This document shows, in pieces, positions 1 to 9,860 of a stretch of 64,000 bases of DNA. Below the pieces are notes generated by a model. The model had not been told where the DNA came from, made no database searches, and worked only from the letters and a program-made list of their open reading frames with translations. Position 1 is the stretch's first letter, and every line of letters begins with the position of its first letter. The DNA comes from Thermofilaceae archaeon (lineage in GTDB: Archaea; Thermoproteota; Thermoprotei; Thermofilales; Thermofilaceae): the NCBI GenBank assembly GCA_038861545.1, contig JAWCCZ010000005.1:32001-96000 (forward strand), read 5' to 3'. Position numbers and translations under genes: made by a program.

Positions 1-96
1 TTTGGTCCACAAATTATCAGTTTAAACTTAACTAGAACTAAAAAATGTCCAAAATGTGGTTACGAAGTTCCCATTGTTGGCGAATTACCAGCTTAA
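1..96 (+). CDS. 3' end of a gene cut by the window edge; probable AmmeMemoRadiSam/PflA-like radical SAM enzyme (C-terminal Zn ribbon)
   Basis: Frame 1 reads FGPQIISLNLTRTKKCPKCGYEVPIVGELPA*; the CPxCG..(I/V)PIVG ending is typical of this family. Confidence 0.5.
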   Translation, partial: FGPQIISLNLTRTKKCPKCGYEVPIVGELPA

Positions 97-182
97 GCTT
101 AGATGAATTAACCTCTCAACTGAATCTTATATGAAAAGCTAAAACTCTTGAAGCTGCTAAACAAACCTAAAATCGATGATGA

Positions 183-293
183 TGCCGGGGCCGGGACTTG
201 AACCCGGGACCTCCCGGTATCTTCCCGAACCTCAGTCTTCAGCCGGGCGCTATCAGGATCTGTTTAAGACACTCCCAGCTGAGCTACCCCGGC
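183..293 (-). tRNA. tRNA-Phe(GAA) with two introns: 20 nt at position 22/23 (271-252) and 18 nt at 37/38 (236-219); no encoded CCA
   Basis: Reverse complement GCCGGGGTAGCTCAGCTGGGAG[TGTCTTAAACAGATCCTGAT]AGCGCCCGGCTGAAG[ACTGAGGTTCGGGAAGAT]ACCGGGAGGTCCCGGGTTCAAGTCCCGGCCCCGGCA. Removing both inserts gives a 73-nt cloverleaf; BHB-like junctions. Confidence 0.93.
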
Positions 294-313
294 TATCAGT
301 GACTTCTAGAAGG

Positions 314-326
314 GGGTTATATATCG
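314..326 (-). promoter_or_regulatory. Probable TATA box of tRNA-Phe
   Basis: GATATATAAC on the minus strand about 25 nt upstream of the tRNA 5' end. Confidence 0.5.
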
Positions 327-332
327 CTTACT

Positions 333-1853
333 TTACCTATCCTGATTAAGTCCAGCTATGGAATCCCAGTTTCTGAGAATGTAATCAATTTCCTCTACCA
401 GCTTACCAACTTGTACCCTTACCTGAGACCTCGTATCCCTAAAGCGTATAGTGACTGTATCTTTCTCAAGCGTTTCTCCATCTATTGTGACGGCGATTGG
501 GACGCCTATCTCGTCCGCTTCTACATATCTCCTCCCTATAGTACCTTTCTCGCTGTAAATTGTTGAAAAATGTTCTTTTAACTTCGCGTACACACTTCTA
601 GCTTTCTTTATAAACTCCGGCTTACTCACAAGAGGTAAAACAGCTACTTTAACTGGAGCTACTTTTGCATGCAGAGAAAGCATCAGTCTTCTCTCAACAA
701 GCCGGTACGCATCAGATAGCAGTGCTAAAATGATCCGTTCGAGACCAAAAGAGGGTTCAATAACGTATGGGATAAGTTTAACTCCATCATCTTCGATCTC
801 CATGTTTTTGCCGCTGAACTCCTGATGTCTTCTCAAGTCGTAATTCCCTCTATTAGAGATACCCTCTATTTCCTTCCAGCCCATAAAGGGAAAATTGTAC
901 TCTATGTCAAATGTCTGCAAAGCATAATGTGCTAACTCGCTCTTAACATGTTCTCTTATTCGTAGTCGGCTTAAGTTTAAACCAATCCTTCTAAACCATC
1001 TCATAGATTCCCCTATCCAGTAAGCATGCCACTGAGACTTGACTAGACCTCTCTTCCAAGCTTCATCAAGAGTGATGATCACATACTCATTCACACCCTG
1101 TTCTTGTTGATCGGCTGTGAGTATATTTACTCTAAGGCCGGATACTTCATTGAAATAGGGGCATTCATCCATCTTATCCGGGTTAATGAAGTACTCTATT
1201 TCCATCTGCTCAAACTCCCTTAGTCTGAATAAGAAACTTCTTGGAGATATTTCGTTTCTAAATACTTTACCTATTTGCGCTATTCCAAATGGTAATTTCA
1301 TACCATATGTATAATAAACATCTCTAAAATTAATGAAAATTAACTGAGCTGTCTCCGGTCTCAAGTATGCCTCATTAGCTTTAGTCTTTTTCGGCCCTAA
1401 GTATGTTGTAAACATTAAGTTGAAAGGTTCAGGTTCGCTTAATTCTCCACCGCACTCAGGACACTTAATACCTTTTCTTTTAATTAAAGCTGAGATAGAT
1501 TCCGCCGATGGTGACACAATATTAATACCTAGATCTTCAAGTAAGTGATCGGCCCTGTAGTCTTTTCCACACTTGTTACAGGTTACTAAATAGTCATAAA
1601 ATGACTCTACATGTCCACTCGCTTCCCATGTCCTGGGATGAGTAATGATACTACCGTGGATGCCTACCACATCTTCTCTCCGTCTGACAAAGAAATACCA
1701 CCAATCATCGATGAGTTCCTTTCTAAGTTCGGCGCCGAGAGGGCCATAATCATAGAAACCCCTTACACCACCGTATATTCTTCCGCTAGGGTAGAAAAAC
1801 CCCTTCCGTAAACAGAAACTTACTAAACCATCTAAAGTCAATGCCTCGGACAT
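333..1853 (-). CDS. glyS: Glycyl-tRNA synthetase (alpha2 type)
   Basis: GFYDYGPLG, LRPETAQ, FRNEISPR, REFEQMEIEYF, VIEPSFG motifs. Likely start is ATG at 1853; the ORF is open to 1898. Confidence 0.97.
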   Translation of the reverse strand: MSEALTLDGLVSFCLRKGFFYPSGRIYGGVRGFYDYGPLGAELRKELIDDWWYFFVRRREDVVGIHGSIITHPRTWEASGHVESFYDYLVTCNKCGKDYRADHLLEDLGINIVSPSAESISALIKRKGIKCPECGGELSEPEPFNLMFTTYLGPKKTKANEAYLRPETAQLIFINFRDVYYTYGMKLPFGIAQIGKVFRNEISPRSFLFRLREFEQMEIEYFINPDKMDECPYFNEVSGLRVNILTADQQEQGVNEYVIITLDEAWKRGLVKSQWHAYWIGESMRWFRRIGLNLSRLRIREHVKSELAHYALQTFDIEYNFPFMGWKEIEGISNRGNYDLRRHQEFSGKNMEIEDDGVKLIPYVIEPSFGLERIILALLSDAYRLVERRLMLSLHAKVAPVKVAVLPLVSKPEFIKKARSVYAKLKEHFSTIYSEKGTIGRRYVEADEIGVPIAVTIDGETLEKDTVTIRFRDTRSQVRVQVGKLVEEIDYILRNWDSIAGLNQDR

Positions 1854-1931
1854 CAAGTTCAGCGAGCCTGTAAGTGCAAGTCTTTTTAAACTTAGCACAC
1901 TCGAAGCCTTTTACATAGTATCTACATGCCT

Positions 1932-3221
1932 TCAACGCAGGCGTAAAATGGGAAGAAGTCGTGGTATAATTACCGGGGCAATTATAAGGGCTATGGTAAT
2001 GATTGAGATGGTTCCTACTAATATGTCAACGGCTTTTCTATGGGTTGAGAAAAATGGGAGCCGGATGAGCGACTCAAGCCCTGCTTTCAAAGTACTGCCC
2101 CCATCAAATGGAATTATAGGGAGCATATTAGCTAATCCAACTGCAAAGTTCATCCATGCAATCCATAGAAGCATGTAAACGATTTCCCAACCGCCAATCG
2201 GTTGTGTATAGAAGCTCTTCAAGTAAGGCAGAAAGCTAGGAGGAAGTGACACTGGTATGAGCATGAGACTGCGTATTGTCCCTAGTAAGTTGCTAAATGG
2301 GCTAGAAAAAGGAGTTAAAAGACTCAACGTTTGATTTAAATCGACTAAGTTTACACCAATGAATCCAAGCCCTTTATCTTCTATTTTACCACTATAGGAA
2401 TACTTATCAGCCAATGTTACGACTATGTCACGTCCCTTTGAAAGCGTTAACGTTGCTCTTTCTCCAGCTTTCCTGTTAGCCATCACCGATAGAAACTGTT
2501 GGAGGTTCATAATTTCGATATCATCAACCCTCACTATTATGTCACCAGGCTGTATTCCAGCCTTTTCAGCCGGCGAGCCTGGGACAATAGCTGTAATACC
2601 CACTCCTTGCACCGTTACTGTGACACCAGTAAGTTGCTGAGAAATCAATAATATAATAAACAGTGTCGCCATCACGTTAGCAAAGGGTCCAGCTGAGAAG
2701 ACTTTCGCCTTAATGATAGGTTTTGCATCCTGTAACTCTTCCCCAGGTTCTACAAAAGCACCTAAAGGTAATATTAGCAGCAATAAACCAGCAGACTTAA
2801 TGGGTATACCGTTTACCCTGGCTTCAAATCCATGTGCTAGCTCATGAAAAATTATAGCTATTATTAATCCTACTAAACCATACCATAAGGGTATAAGAGG
2901 ATTCAGTCCAGGCAAGCCTATTAGCGTGCTTGGCGATGGCGCATATTCAGGTGGTATTGCTAGAGATGCTATAACACTTCCAATTAAAAGGAACATACCA
3001 GCTACCATCCCGATAAGCCAAACTGCAATGGCTATCGGTCCTAGAAAGCGTGCCCATTTCGGAGTAAGGCGCTCTATAGTTTGTGCGCATTTTTCGCATC
3101 GGACAAGCACTACGGGACCGTATAGCTTTACACTCTTAGATCCCTGCAGCCCACGTCGCACAGCGTATACGTAGAACACTAGGCATACAATCAGGAAAGC
3201 TATTGACTGGAACTCCATCAA
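1932..3221 (-). CDS. Site-2 protease (M50) with PDZ domain
   Basis: HELAH zinc motif, AGPFAN, PDZ segment (GSPAEKAGIQPGDII), NMLPIIPFDGG. Confidence 0.92.
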   Translation of the reverse strand: MMEFQSIAFLIVCLVFYVYAVRRGLQGSKSVKLYGPVVLVRCEKCAQTIERLTPKWARFLGPIAIAVWLIGMVAGMFLLIGSVIASLAIPPEYAPSPSTLIGLPGLNPLIPLWYGLVGLIIAIIFHELAHGFEARVNGIPIKSAGLLLLILPLGAFVEPGEELQDAKPIIKAKVFSAGPFANVMATLFIILLISQQLTGVTVTVQGVGITAIVPGSPAEKAGIQPGDIIVRVDDIEIMNLQQFLSVMANRKAGERATLTLSKGRDIVVTLADKYSYSGKIEDKGLGFIGVNLVDLNQTLSLLTPFSSPFSNLLGTIRSLMLIPVSLPPSFLPYLKSFYTQPIGGWEIVYMLLWIAWMNFAVGLANMLPIIPFDGGSTLKAGLESLIRLPFFSTHRKAVDILVGTISIITIALIIAPVIIPRLLPILRLR

Positions 3222-3261
3222 GCAATAGGATAGAAAACATCCTTCTTTAATGCTTCTGTAG

Positions 3262-3672
3262 CTATGGACTCACAAGGTTCATACATGCATAAAGGTCAGC
3301 GGCTACAAGAAGCGCTCCTATTGAGAAGTTAAATAGACCATTTATACCGTACGATAATGTCTCTAAAGCTTTCTCTTTAACACTGATCGCGTAAATTGAG
3401 GGCATCTTATATACGGCCTCGCGCGCTCCTTTAACAAAAGAAAGTTCGCGCTCGTAATGAGCTATTACATTTAAGATTATTTCCCTTACAGAAGGTGTTG
3501 AAAGACTAGGCACCACATTTTTTTTAACTAATTCAAGCAACTCTTCATATACATTCAGGCCAATATCTATTGCTTCATCTAAATTACCTGTCTCAATTGC
3601 TTCGGTATATTTACTATAAAGGTTACGCACCTTTACGCTTACCGTTTCAGCTTCCACGTGAAAAAAAGACAA
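3262..3672 (-). CDS. Hypothetical helical protein
   Basis: 136-aa ORF with coding-like composition; no recognisable motif. Confidence 0.6.
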   Translation of the reverse strand: MSFFHVEAETVSVKVRNLYSKYTEAIETGNLDEAIDIGLNVYEELLELVKKNVVPSLSTPSVREIILNVIAHYERELSFVKGAREAVYKMPSIYAISVKEKALETLSYGINGLFNFSIGALLVAADLYACMNLVSP

Positions 3673-3803
3673 CAGATATTAAAATGACTCTAAGATGTGA
3701 AGTAAACGTATTACGCATGTAACGTGGAGCGACTAGCCCCGCTATATCTTCTTTTATGTGGCGAACATCTACCTCACAAAAGGTGAAGGCTTGAAAGAGC
3801 GAC

Positions 3804-3860
3804 AGGTCAGCTCCGTAGCGGTGACTTCACCATTCGCCGCTTTGACCCCTCGTCATCCCC
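3804..3860 (-). ncRNA. C/D box sRNA
   Basis: Minus strand: C ATGACGA - guide GGGGTCAAAGCG - D' GCGA - C' ATGGTGA - guide AGTCACCGCTACGGAG - D CTGA. Confidence 0.75.
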
Positions 3861-4159
3861 TACGCTATAGCTTCTATCCTTTTCACTTTAATTCTTGATC
3901 CTGGTAAAATACCATATTTTTCTCTTACTTCCCTTGGTATGGTGAATTGTCTAGAGTCTGTTCTACGAGTTTTAAGTAGTTTAACCTTAAGTGTAAATTC
4001 TATTCCCTCGTACTCTAAAGTTACTAAAACACCATAAACCTCTTGAAGCTTTAACGAGCGAACTAAACTTGCAGGTATTAGGACTTGGTTATTAAGGTAA
4101 ACGTAAGCTTCGTAGGGTACCCCTACAATGTCCCGCCCTGAGAGATGCCTGGACTGCAT
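3860..4159 (-). CDS. AbrB/MazE/SpoVT-like DNA-binding protein (tandem swapped-hairpin)
   Basis: QVLIPASLVRSL and QFTIPREVREKYGILPGSRIKV AbrB-like repeats. Confidence 0.75.
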   Translation of the reverse strand: MQSRHLSGRDIVGVPYEAYVYLNNQVLIPASLVRSLKLQEVYGVLVTLEYEGIEFTLKVKLLKTRRTDSRQFTIPREVREKYGILPGSRIKVKRIEAIA

Positions 4160-4278
4160 GTTCCTTATTTCAGTATAGTTGCTAAAATAAGTTACCTATC
4201 ATGCCCATTTCACCTAATGTGTATGCTTTCGAGTTAGAGTTGCGACAAATTAAAATTTTGACGCATTTTTTAACCACT

Positions 4279-5397
4279 GTGGCCGATTTATTAGTACTAG
4301 ATCCTTGGGGTACGTCCAGCATAAAAGATTACACAAAGTTAATGCAACAGTTTGGTATAGAAGCGCTGACTGAGGAGTTGCTGAAAAAACTCCCATACAT
4401 TCATAGATTAGTAAGAAGAAAAATAATATTTGGTCATAGAGAGTTGGGAATTGTATTGAATGCTCTGCAGAATGGTTCAGAATACGCGGTAATGACTGGT
4501 ATTAAGCCCAGTGGTGATTTCCACTTAGGAACCAAGCTTACTTCGGAGGAATTCATATACTTTTTATCCTTATCATCAAAGTCGCAGGGTTTCTTCGCAG
4601 TAGCCGACCTAGAAGCCTATGCTGATAATAGAATTCCGCTTGAAGAAAGTTATCAAATAGCATTAAATAATCTAATGGATATGCTGGCACTCGGGCTAGA
4701 TCCCAAACGCGTCTATGTTTATAGGCAATCTGAAGAAATGTCAGTCCTACGACTAGCTTTCATATTTTCCAGGTCTGTAACCTACAGCACTCTAGAAGCT
4801 ATCTATGGTCAAAAACCTTTCAGCCTATATTTTTCAGCGCTTGTACAAGCCGGTGATATACTTAACCCGCAACTTCCCCATTACGGTGGACCTAAACCTA
4901 CCCTGGTCCCCGTAGGAGCAGATCAGGATCCTCATATAAGGCTGACACGCGACCTTGCCTCCAAGTATAAAGGCGACTTAGGTTTTATACCTCCGGCTGC
5001 TACCTATCATAAATTACTAAGAGACCTTACTGGTCAAGAGAAGATGTCTAAGCGAAATCCTATGGGCATACTGTACTTGAATGAGGATTTAGAGTCGGCT
5101 AAAATAAAGGTTATGAGCGCATACACAGGGGGGCGGGCCACAGCCGAGGAACAGAGGATGCTGGGTGGTGAACCCGAAAAATGTGTAATTTTCGTCGAAC
5201 TGCTCTCAGCACATTTCCTAGAAGACGATAAGAAGCTTGAAGAATTGTATTGGAATTGTAAAACGGGTTGTATACTTTGCGGTGAATGCAAAGCGAAGGC
5301 TTGGGAAGTCATAAGTATATGGTTAAAAGACCATCAAGCAAAGAGATCTAAAATGAAGGATATGGCTGAGCGGTTACTGGCAGAGAAAACATTTTAG
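4279..5397 (+). CDS. trpS: Tryptophanyl-tRNA synthetase
   Basis: LDPWG, TGIKPSGDFHLG, PVGADQDPH, KMSKR, AYTGGR, CGECK. Likely start is GTG at 4279; the ORF is open from 4201. Confidence 0.96.
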   Translation: MADLLVLDPWGTSSIKDYTKLMQQFGIEALTEELLKKLPYIHRLVRRKIIFGHRELGIVLNALQNGSEYAVMTGIKPSGDFHLGTKLTSEEFIYFLSLSSKSQGFFAVADLEAYADNRIPLEESYQIALNNLMDMLALGLDPKRVYVYRQSEEMSVLRLAFIFSRSVTYSTLEAIYGQKPFSLYFSALVQAGDILNPQLPHYGGPKPTLVPVGADQDPHIRLTRDLASKYKGDLGFIPPAATYHKLLRDLTGQEKMSKRNPMGILYLNEDLESAKIKVMSAYTGGRATAEEQRMLGGEPEKCVIFVELLSAHFLEDDKKLEELYWNCKTGCILCGECKAKAWEVISIWLKDHQAKRSKMKDMAERLLAEKTF

Positions 5398-5424
5398 AAT
5401 GCGCGTAATCCCGCTTTATTAGCT

Positions 5425-7533
5425 GTGCGAACGCTTATACTAATTGTGGTTATTTCCACTTTAAGTGCGCCCATGGCCTTAGGGGGGAATTTCAACGCAT
5501 TATTAACCGTATTTGTAAAGGATGCCCAAGGTTTGGATCTAAAATTCGATACTGAGAAACCCCTTGTGAAATTGGGGAACTATACATGTATTAATAACCA
5601 ATGTAGGTTCAACATAACCCTGTTAAACTATGAAGAAGCATTTCTTCCTCTTAACCTTTCGGTTTTTTGGTTGAGCATACCAGTATACCAAAAAGAGTTT
5701 ACTCTTGAGAACGGAACAACCTATAGTTTTACAGTGAAAGTTAATGCTTCACGGGTTAACGTATCTGGGGTAAATGATAGAAACAGGAAACTTGAAAAAT
5801 GCAAGTTAACACTAAAACCTTATGGGATAGCTAAAACTTACACAGTATCGTGTGGCAATGAAGTTTCACTGCCTTTCGGTACTTATAGTGTTGAAAACGC
5901 TGAAGTACAGTTGGCAACTAGTTTCGTTAAGGTACAAACAGCCATAAGCGGATTCAATGTGGTGAATGGTACTAAATCCATACAAATATCACTCAACGTG
6001 GCTGACAGCATCACTATCCGATTGCTAAAGTCTGATGGTAGCTTAATGAATGACTGCCGCTTAATTTTACTCTTTGACCCGAATAATTATAATGTAACAG
6101 TATATAACGGACGTGTTCAAGGCGGAATAATCCCCTTATACAACCTTCCGTATGGTACCTATCTAGCGGATGTCACCTGGTACGGAGTTAATATACTAAA
6201 GACTATATTCACGATTGGGGGTAAGTACTCCACAATCAACTTGACAAGCAGCCTTTTAGCCCAGGTTAGATTGCAGATCCTAGATACAGATAGTAAGCCG
6301 CTTCAGTTTATAAAAGTAAAAATAACTGGCATGGGAATAGAGAGGGAAGTCACCACTAATGCAGCAGGTTATGTATTCTTGACAGATATACCGCCAGGTA
6401 CGTACTACGTAACCGTCAAATGCATTGGAGGTGAAGCTTCATCCCTTGCAAGGATTACGACCAGTGAATCATGGGCGGTGATCCCTTCTAGACGCTTGAA
6501 TTTGACTATAGTTTCCGAGTACGCGGGAGGTCTTATAACTCCAAACTTGCCCCCTGGCTTATGGGCTTCTATTTACTATAACGACAGTCTATTGAATCAT
6601 TCTGAAAATATTGAGGAGTCTCCTCAGTTAACTTTAAACCTGGATGAACCGGTATGTGTTCAAGCTTCGCTTAAGCTAAAGATCGGTTGGAATGAAAATA
6701 TATTGATTGAAAAAACACTTGTGACTTACTCTAGTCAACTTGTGGAGAAGGTTCCCTTTCTAAATTTAGAGATTAAAGTAACTGATAAGGGGGGTGACCC
6801 TCTGGCAGGAGCTCTAGTAGAAGTCAGTGATGAGCTTGGTGTCAGAACTTTTAAAACCAATGAACGCGGTATTGTATATGTATACCATATTTACGGTAAA
6901 CGTTTCAAGGTTGAAGTTAAATGGGAGGGGGTGAGTGTAGCCTTACAAAACGTGCATGCACCGGCATACTCGCTAGAATTGAATGCAGATGTATGGAAGC
7001 TTCGAGTTGATGTGAAGAATGCTATCGGTAACCCTATTTCTGGTGCATTGATAGTCTTCCTCGTGGAGGGGGAAACTTTTTCCTACGTTGTAAACTCAAC
7101 TACAAGAGATAACGGTATAGTAGAGTTTGTCCTCCCAGTTCCATCCGGCTCCCATGTCGAAATGCGTATGGTGAAGGGAAGGGTGAATGCGAATTACGTA
7201 GTAACAAACAAAGATTTGCAAACTGGGATCATCCAGGTTAACACAGATTTAATACTCGACTACGGACCGCTTCAGTTGCGAGTTGGTGAGGCAATTATAA
7301 TTGCTCTCATGGGAGTTCCCATGTTACTTGCTGTAATAGTAGTGTATAAACGTATAGTTAGACGACAAACAGCTGAAAGTGTTTTTACGGTATATGGTAA
7401 AGAGTTTAAAAGCGAGGAAGAAGAAGGCAAAAGTCTAGTGGAGACGTTGAGAGATCGTTTCAAGACAATATTTAGTGCGGAAGAGAAAGAAGAGGAGAGT
7501 GAAGAAGAAGAGAATGTATTCGAAGAACTATAA
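5425..7533 (+). CDS. Membrane-anchored surface glycoprotein with repeated beta-sandwich (carboxypeptidase-regulatory-like) domains
   Basis: Signal peptide; repeats like V.V.D..G.PL.GA.V...T...G.V; many N-x-S/T sequons; C-terminal TM helix and acidic tail. Confidence 0.7.
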   Translation: MRTLILIVVISTLSAPMALGGNFNALLTVFVKDAQGLDLKFDTEKPLVKLGNYTCINNQCRFNITLLNYEEAFLPLNLSVFWLSIPVYQKEFTLENGTTYSFTVKVNASRVNVSGVNDRNRKLEKCKLTLKPYGIAKTYTVSCGNEVSLPFGTYSVENAEVQLATSFVKVQTAISGFNVVNGTKSIQISLNVADSITIRLLKSDGSLMNDCRLILLFDPNNYNVTVYNGRVQGGIIPLYNLPYGTYLADVTWYGVNILKTIFTIGGKYSTINLTSSLLAQVRLQILDTDSKPLQFIKVKITGMGIEREVTTNAAGYVFLTDIPPGTYYVTVKCIGGEASSLARITTSESWAVIPSRRLNLTIVSEYAGGLITPNLPPGLWASIYYNDSLLNHSENIEESPQLTLNLDEPVCVQASLKLKIGWNENILIEKTLVTYSSQLVEKVPFLNLEIKVTDKGGDPLAGALVEVSDELGVRTFKTNERGIVYVYHIYGKRFKVEVKWEGVSVALQNVHAPAYSLELNADVWKLRVDVKNAIGNPISGALIVFLVEGETFSYVVNSTTRDNGIVEFVLPVPSGSHVEMRMVKGRVNANYVVTNKDLQTGIIQVNTDLILDYGPLQLRVGEAIIIALMGVPMLLAVIVVYKRIVRRQTAESVFTVYGKEFKSEEEEGKSLVETLRDRFKTIFSAEEKEEESEEEENVFEEL

Positions 7534-8533
7534 AAACATAGTAAAAATAGGAGAACCGATTCCGCTTATTGGGCATCTGGCATTTGGAATTATAGATAGA
7601 GGAACGAATCTTCTTCAGATCCGACCCACAAGCTTGTGTCCTCTTTCCTGTATTTTTTGTTCAGTCGACGCTGGTCCTCAATCTAGATGGAGAAAAACTG
7701 AGTATATAGTAGAATTAAACCATTTACTTAATTGGTTCCGATGGGTTGTCGAGGTTAAAGGTTTAGATAAAGTTCACGCTTACATTGACGCGGCTGGCGA
7801 TCCGCTAACCTATCCAGAAATAATTAAGCTTGTTCAAGAACTGAAATCCATGGAATTTGTAGAGACGGTTGCTCTAGAAACTCGTGGCATGCTTCTCACA
7901 AACAAATTAGCGGACGCCTTAGACGAGGCAGGACTTGATAGGATAAACCTTTCAATTGACGCTCTAAATCCTGAATTGGCTAAGCGATTAGTTAATACTC
8001 CACGATTCGATGTAGAGCAGGTAGCAAAAGTAGCCGAGTATATTGCTGGTAGCTTACGAATGGATTTACTGATAGCACCAGTATGGATACCGGGTCTTAA
8101 TAATGAGGAAATACCTAAAATTATAGCGTGGGCGCTCGATATAGGAGCTGGTAAGAGGTGGCCTCCACTTGGCATACAGAAATACGAGTTTCATAAATAC
8201 GGTAGACAGCCTCGTGGTGTTATACCCATGAAATGGAGAGACTTCTATGATAACCTCCGAAAGTGGGAAAATGAATACGGCGTTAACCTGGTGCTTAAAC
8301 CTTCTGACTTCGGAATCAGAAAAACAAATAGGGTACCTCTTGCTTTTAGTAGATTTGAGCGGGTAAACGTGAAAATAATGGCTCCTGGCTGGATGAGGAA
8401 TCAAGAAATTGGTGTAGCTAGAAGTCGAGTAGTCACAGTGATCATGGCAAATGAGAGAGCGGTTCGAAGAAAAGTATCGGTAAAAATTCTCAGAACTAAG
8501 AATAACATATACATTGCGCAGTCAGAGCTATGA
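7514..8533 (+). CDS. Archaeal radical SAM protein with C-terminal TRAM-like domain (COG2100-like)
   Basis: IPLIG..AFGIIDRGTN, CPLSCIFCSVDAG (CxxxCxxC). Likely start is ATG at 7514. Confidence 0.88.
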   Translation: MYSKNYKNIVKIGEPIPLIGHLAFGIIDRGTNLLQIRPTSLCPLSCIFCSVDAGPQSRWRKTEYIVELNHLLNWFRWVVEVKGLDKVHAYIDAAGDPLTYPEIIKLVQELKSMEFVETVALETRGMLLTNKLADALDEAGLDRINLSIDALNPELAKRLVNTPRFDVEQVAKVAEYIAGSLRMDLLIAPVWIPGLNNEEIPKIIAWALDIGAGKRWPPLGIQKYEFHKYGRQPRGVIPMKWRDFYDNLRKWENEYGVNLVLKPSDFGIRKTNRVPLAFSRFERVNVKIMAPGWMRNQEIGVARSRVVTVIMANERAVRRKVSVKILRTKNNIYIAQSEL

Positions 8534-8558
8534 ATGAAGAATAATAAAAGATCGGGGG

Positions 8559-9860
8559 GTGAGGAGGCTAGTGCCTTACGATAGGCCTAGAGGGACAAGA
8601 GACTACTTTCCCGAAGAAAGTGATGAACGAAGGCTAGTTATCGAGAAACTTAGGCATACATTCGAGCTCTATGGTTATGGTGAAGTAATTACACCAGCGT
8701 TTGAACATCTAGAACTGCTAGTAGCTAAAGCAGGCGAAGATGTTATAAACCAAATATACTGGTTCAAGGATAAGGGGGGACGTGAACTCGGCTTACGTTT
8801 CGAACTCACCACTCCGATAGCTAGAATTGTAGCTGAAAATCCTTCACTTTCAAAACCCATCAGGTTTTATTATATTCAGCCGGTTTGGAGATACGAGGAA
8901 CCCCAAAAAGGAAGGTTAAGAGAGTTCTGGCAAGCTGGGATCGAGTTAATAGGTGTACCAGATATCTCTGCTGATGCTGAGGTTATCGCACTCTTAGTAA
9001 ACTCGTTAAGAAAAACCGGGCTAAAGAATTATTGTGTACACATTAATGATAGGCTCCTAATAGAGCATTTATTGGCTTGGGCCCGTATACCTCCTGACTC
9101 ATTAAACACGGCATTCAGAGTAATAGATAAGCTAGAGAAAAAAGGCGTTCAATACGTTGCGGACCAGCTTTCCAACTTAAGTACACAACCAGACCGTATA
9201 CCCAAGTTGCTTGAACTTCTGACATCGAGTGACATTACTCAAATAGAAAAGTTGAGTCTTACACTTGAAGCACGAGAAAGTATAGCGTCCTTAAACTCCT
9301 TAATTTCAGAGCTAGAGAATGCTTATGGTCTAGCCGACTACGTTCAGCTTGATTTGAGCGTGGTAAGAGGGCTTGACTACTATACAAGTTTAGTATATGA
9401 GGTAAAAACTCCTATAGTTGGAGAGTTGGGAAGCATTGCCGGTGGTGGTAGGTACGACGATCTGATACGATTAGTTGGAGGGCCGCAGCTGCCAGCTACG
9501 GGTATGGCTATCGGTATCGAACGCCTAATTGAGTGCTTAAGAAAAGAGGGTGTATTACCTTTCCGGCGTGAAAGAAGGGGAGTAATGGTCATTCCGATAG
9601 AACAAAAGTATAGATACAATGCTATTAGTATTGCTGAGAAATTAAGGAATAATGGGATAACAACAGTAGTAGAGTTAAGTTCTAGGAAACTCTCTACGAC
9701 ATTAGAGGTTGCCAATAAACGCGGTTTTAGATACGCGTTAATTATAGGTAAGACAGAAATAGAAAAAGGTTTCATAACGATTAAAGATTTAGAACTTTGG
9801 AAGGAAGAAAAAACTAATATAGAAGATTTTATAAATATTTACAGTAAAGTTGTCTTATAA
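8559..9860 (+). CDS. hisS: Histidyl-tRNA synthetase
   Basis: PRGTRD, LRFELT, RYEEPQKGRLREFWQ, RGLDYY, GGGRYD. Confidence 0.97.
   Translation: MRRLVPYDRPRGTRDYFPEESDERRLVIEKLRHTFELYGYGEVITPAFEHLELLVAKAGEDVINQIYWFKDKGGRELGLRFELTTPIARIVAENPSLSKPIRFYYIQPVWRYEEPQKGRLREFWQAGIELIGVPDISADAEVIALLVNSLRKTGLKNYCVHINDRLLIEHLLAWARIPPDSLNTAFRVIDKLEKKGVQYVADQLSNLSTQPDRIPKLLELLTSSDITQIEKLSLTLEARESIASLNSLISELENAYGLADYVQLDLSVVRGLDYYTSLVYEVKTPIVGELGSIAGGGRYDDLIRLVGGPQLPATGMAIGIERLIECLRKEGVLPFRRERRGVMVIPIEQKYRYNAISIAEKLRNNGITTVVELSSRKLSTTLEVANKRGFRYALIIGKTEIEKGFITIKDLELWKEEKTNIEDFINIYSKVVL

Noticed and set aside
100-152. C/D-like spacing on + (ATGAATT...CTGA...ATGAAAA...TTGA)
   Set aside because: Both C boxes lack the GA needed for K-turns; probably chance
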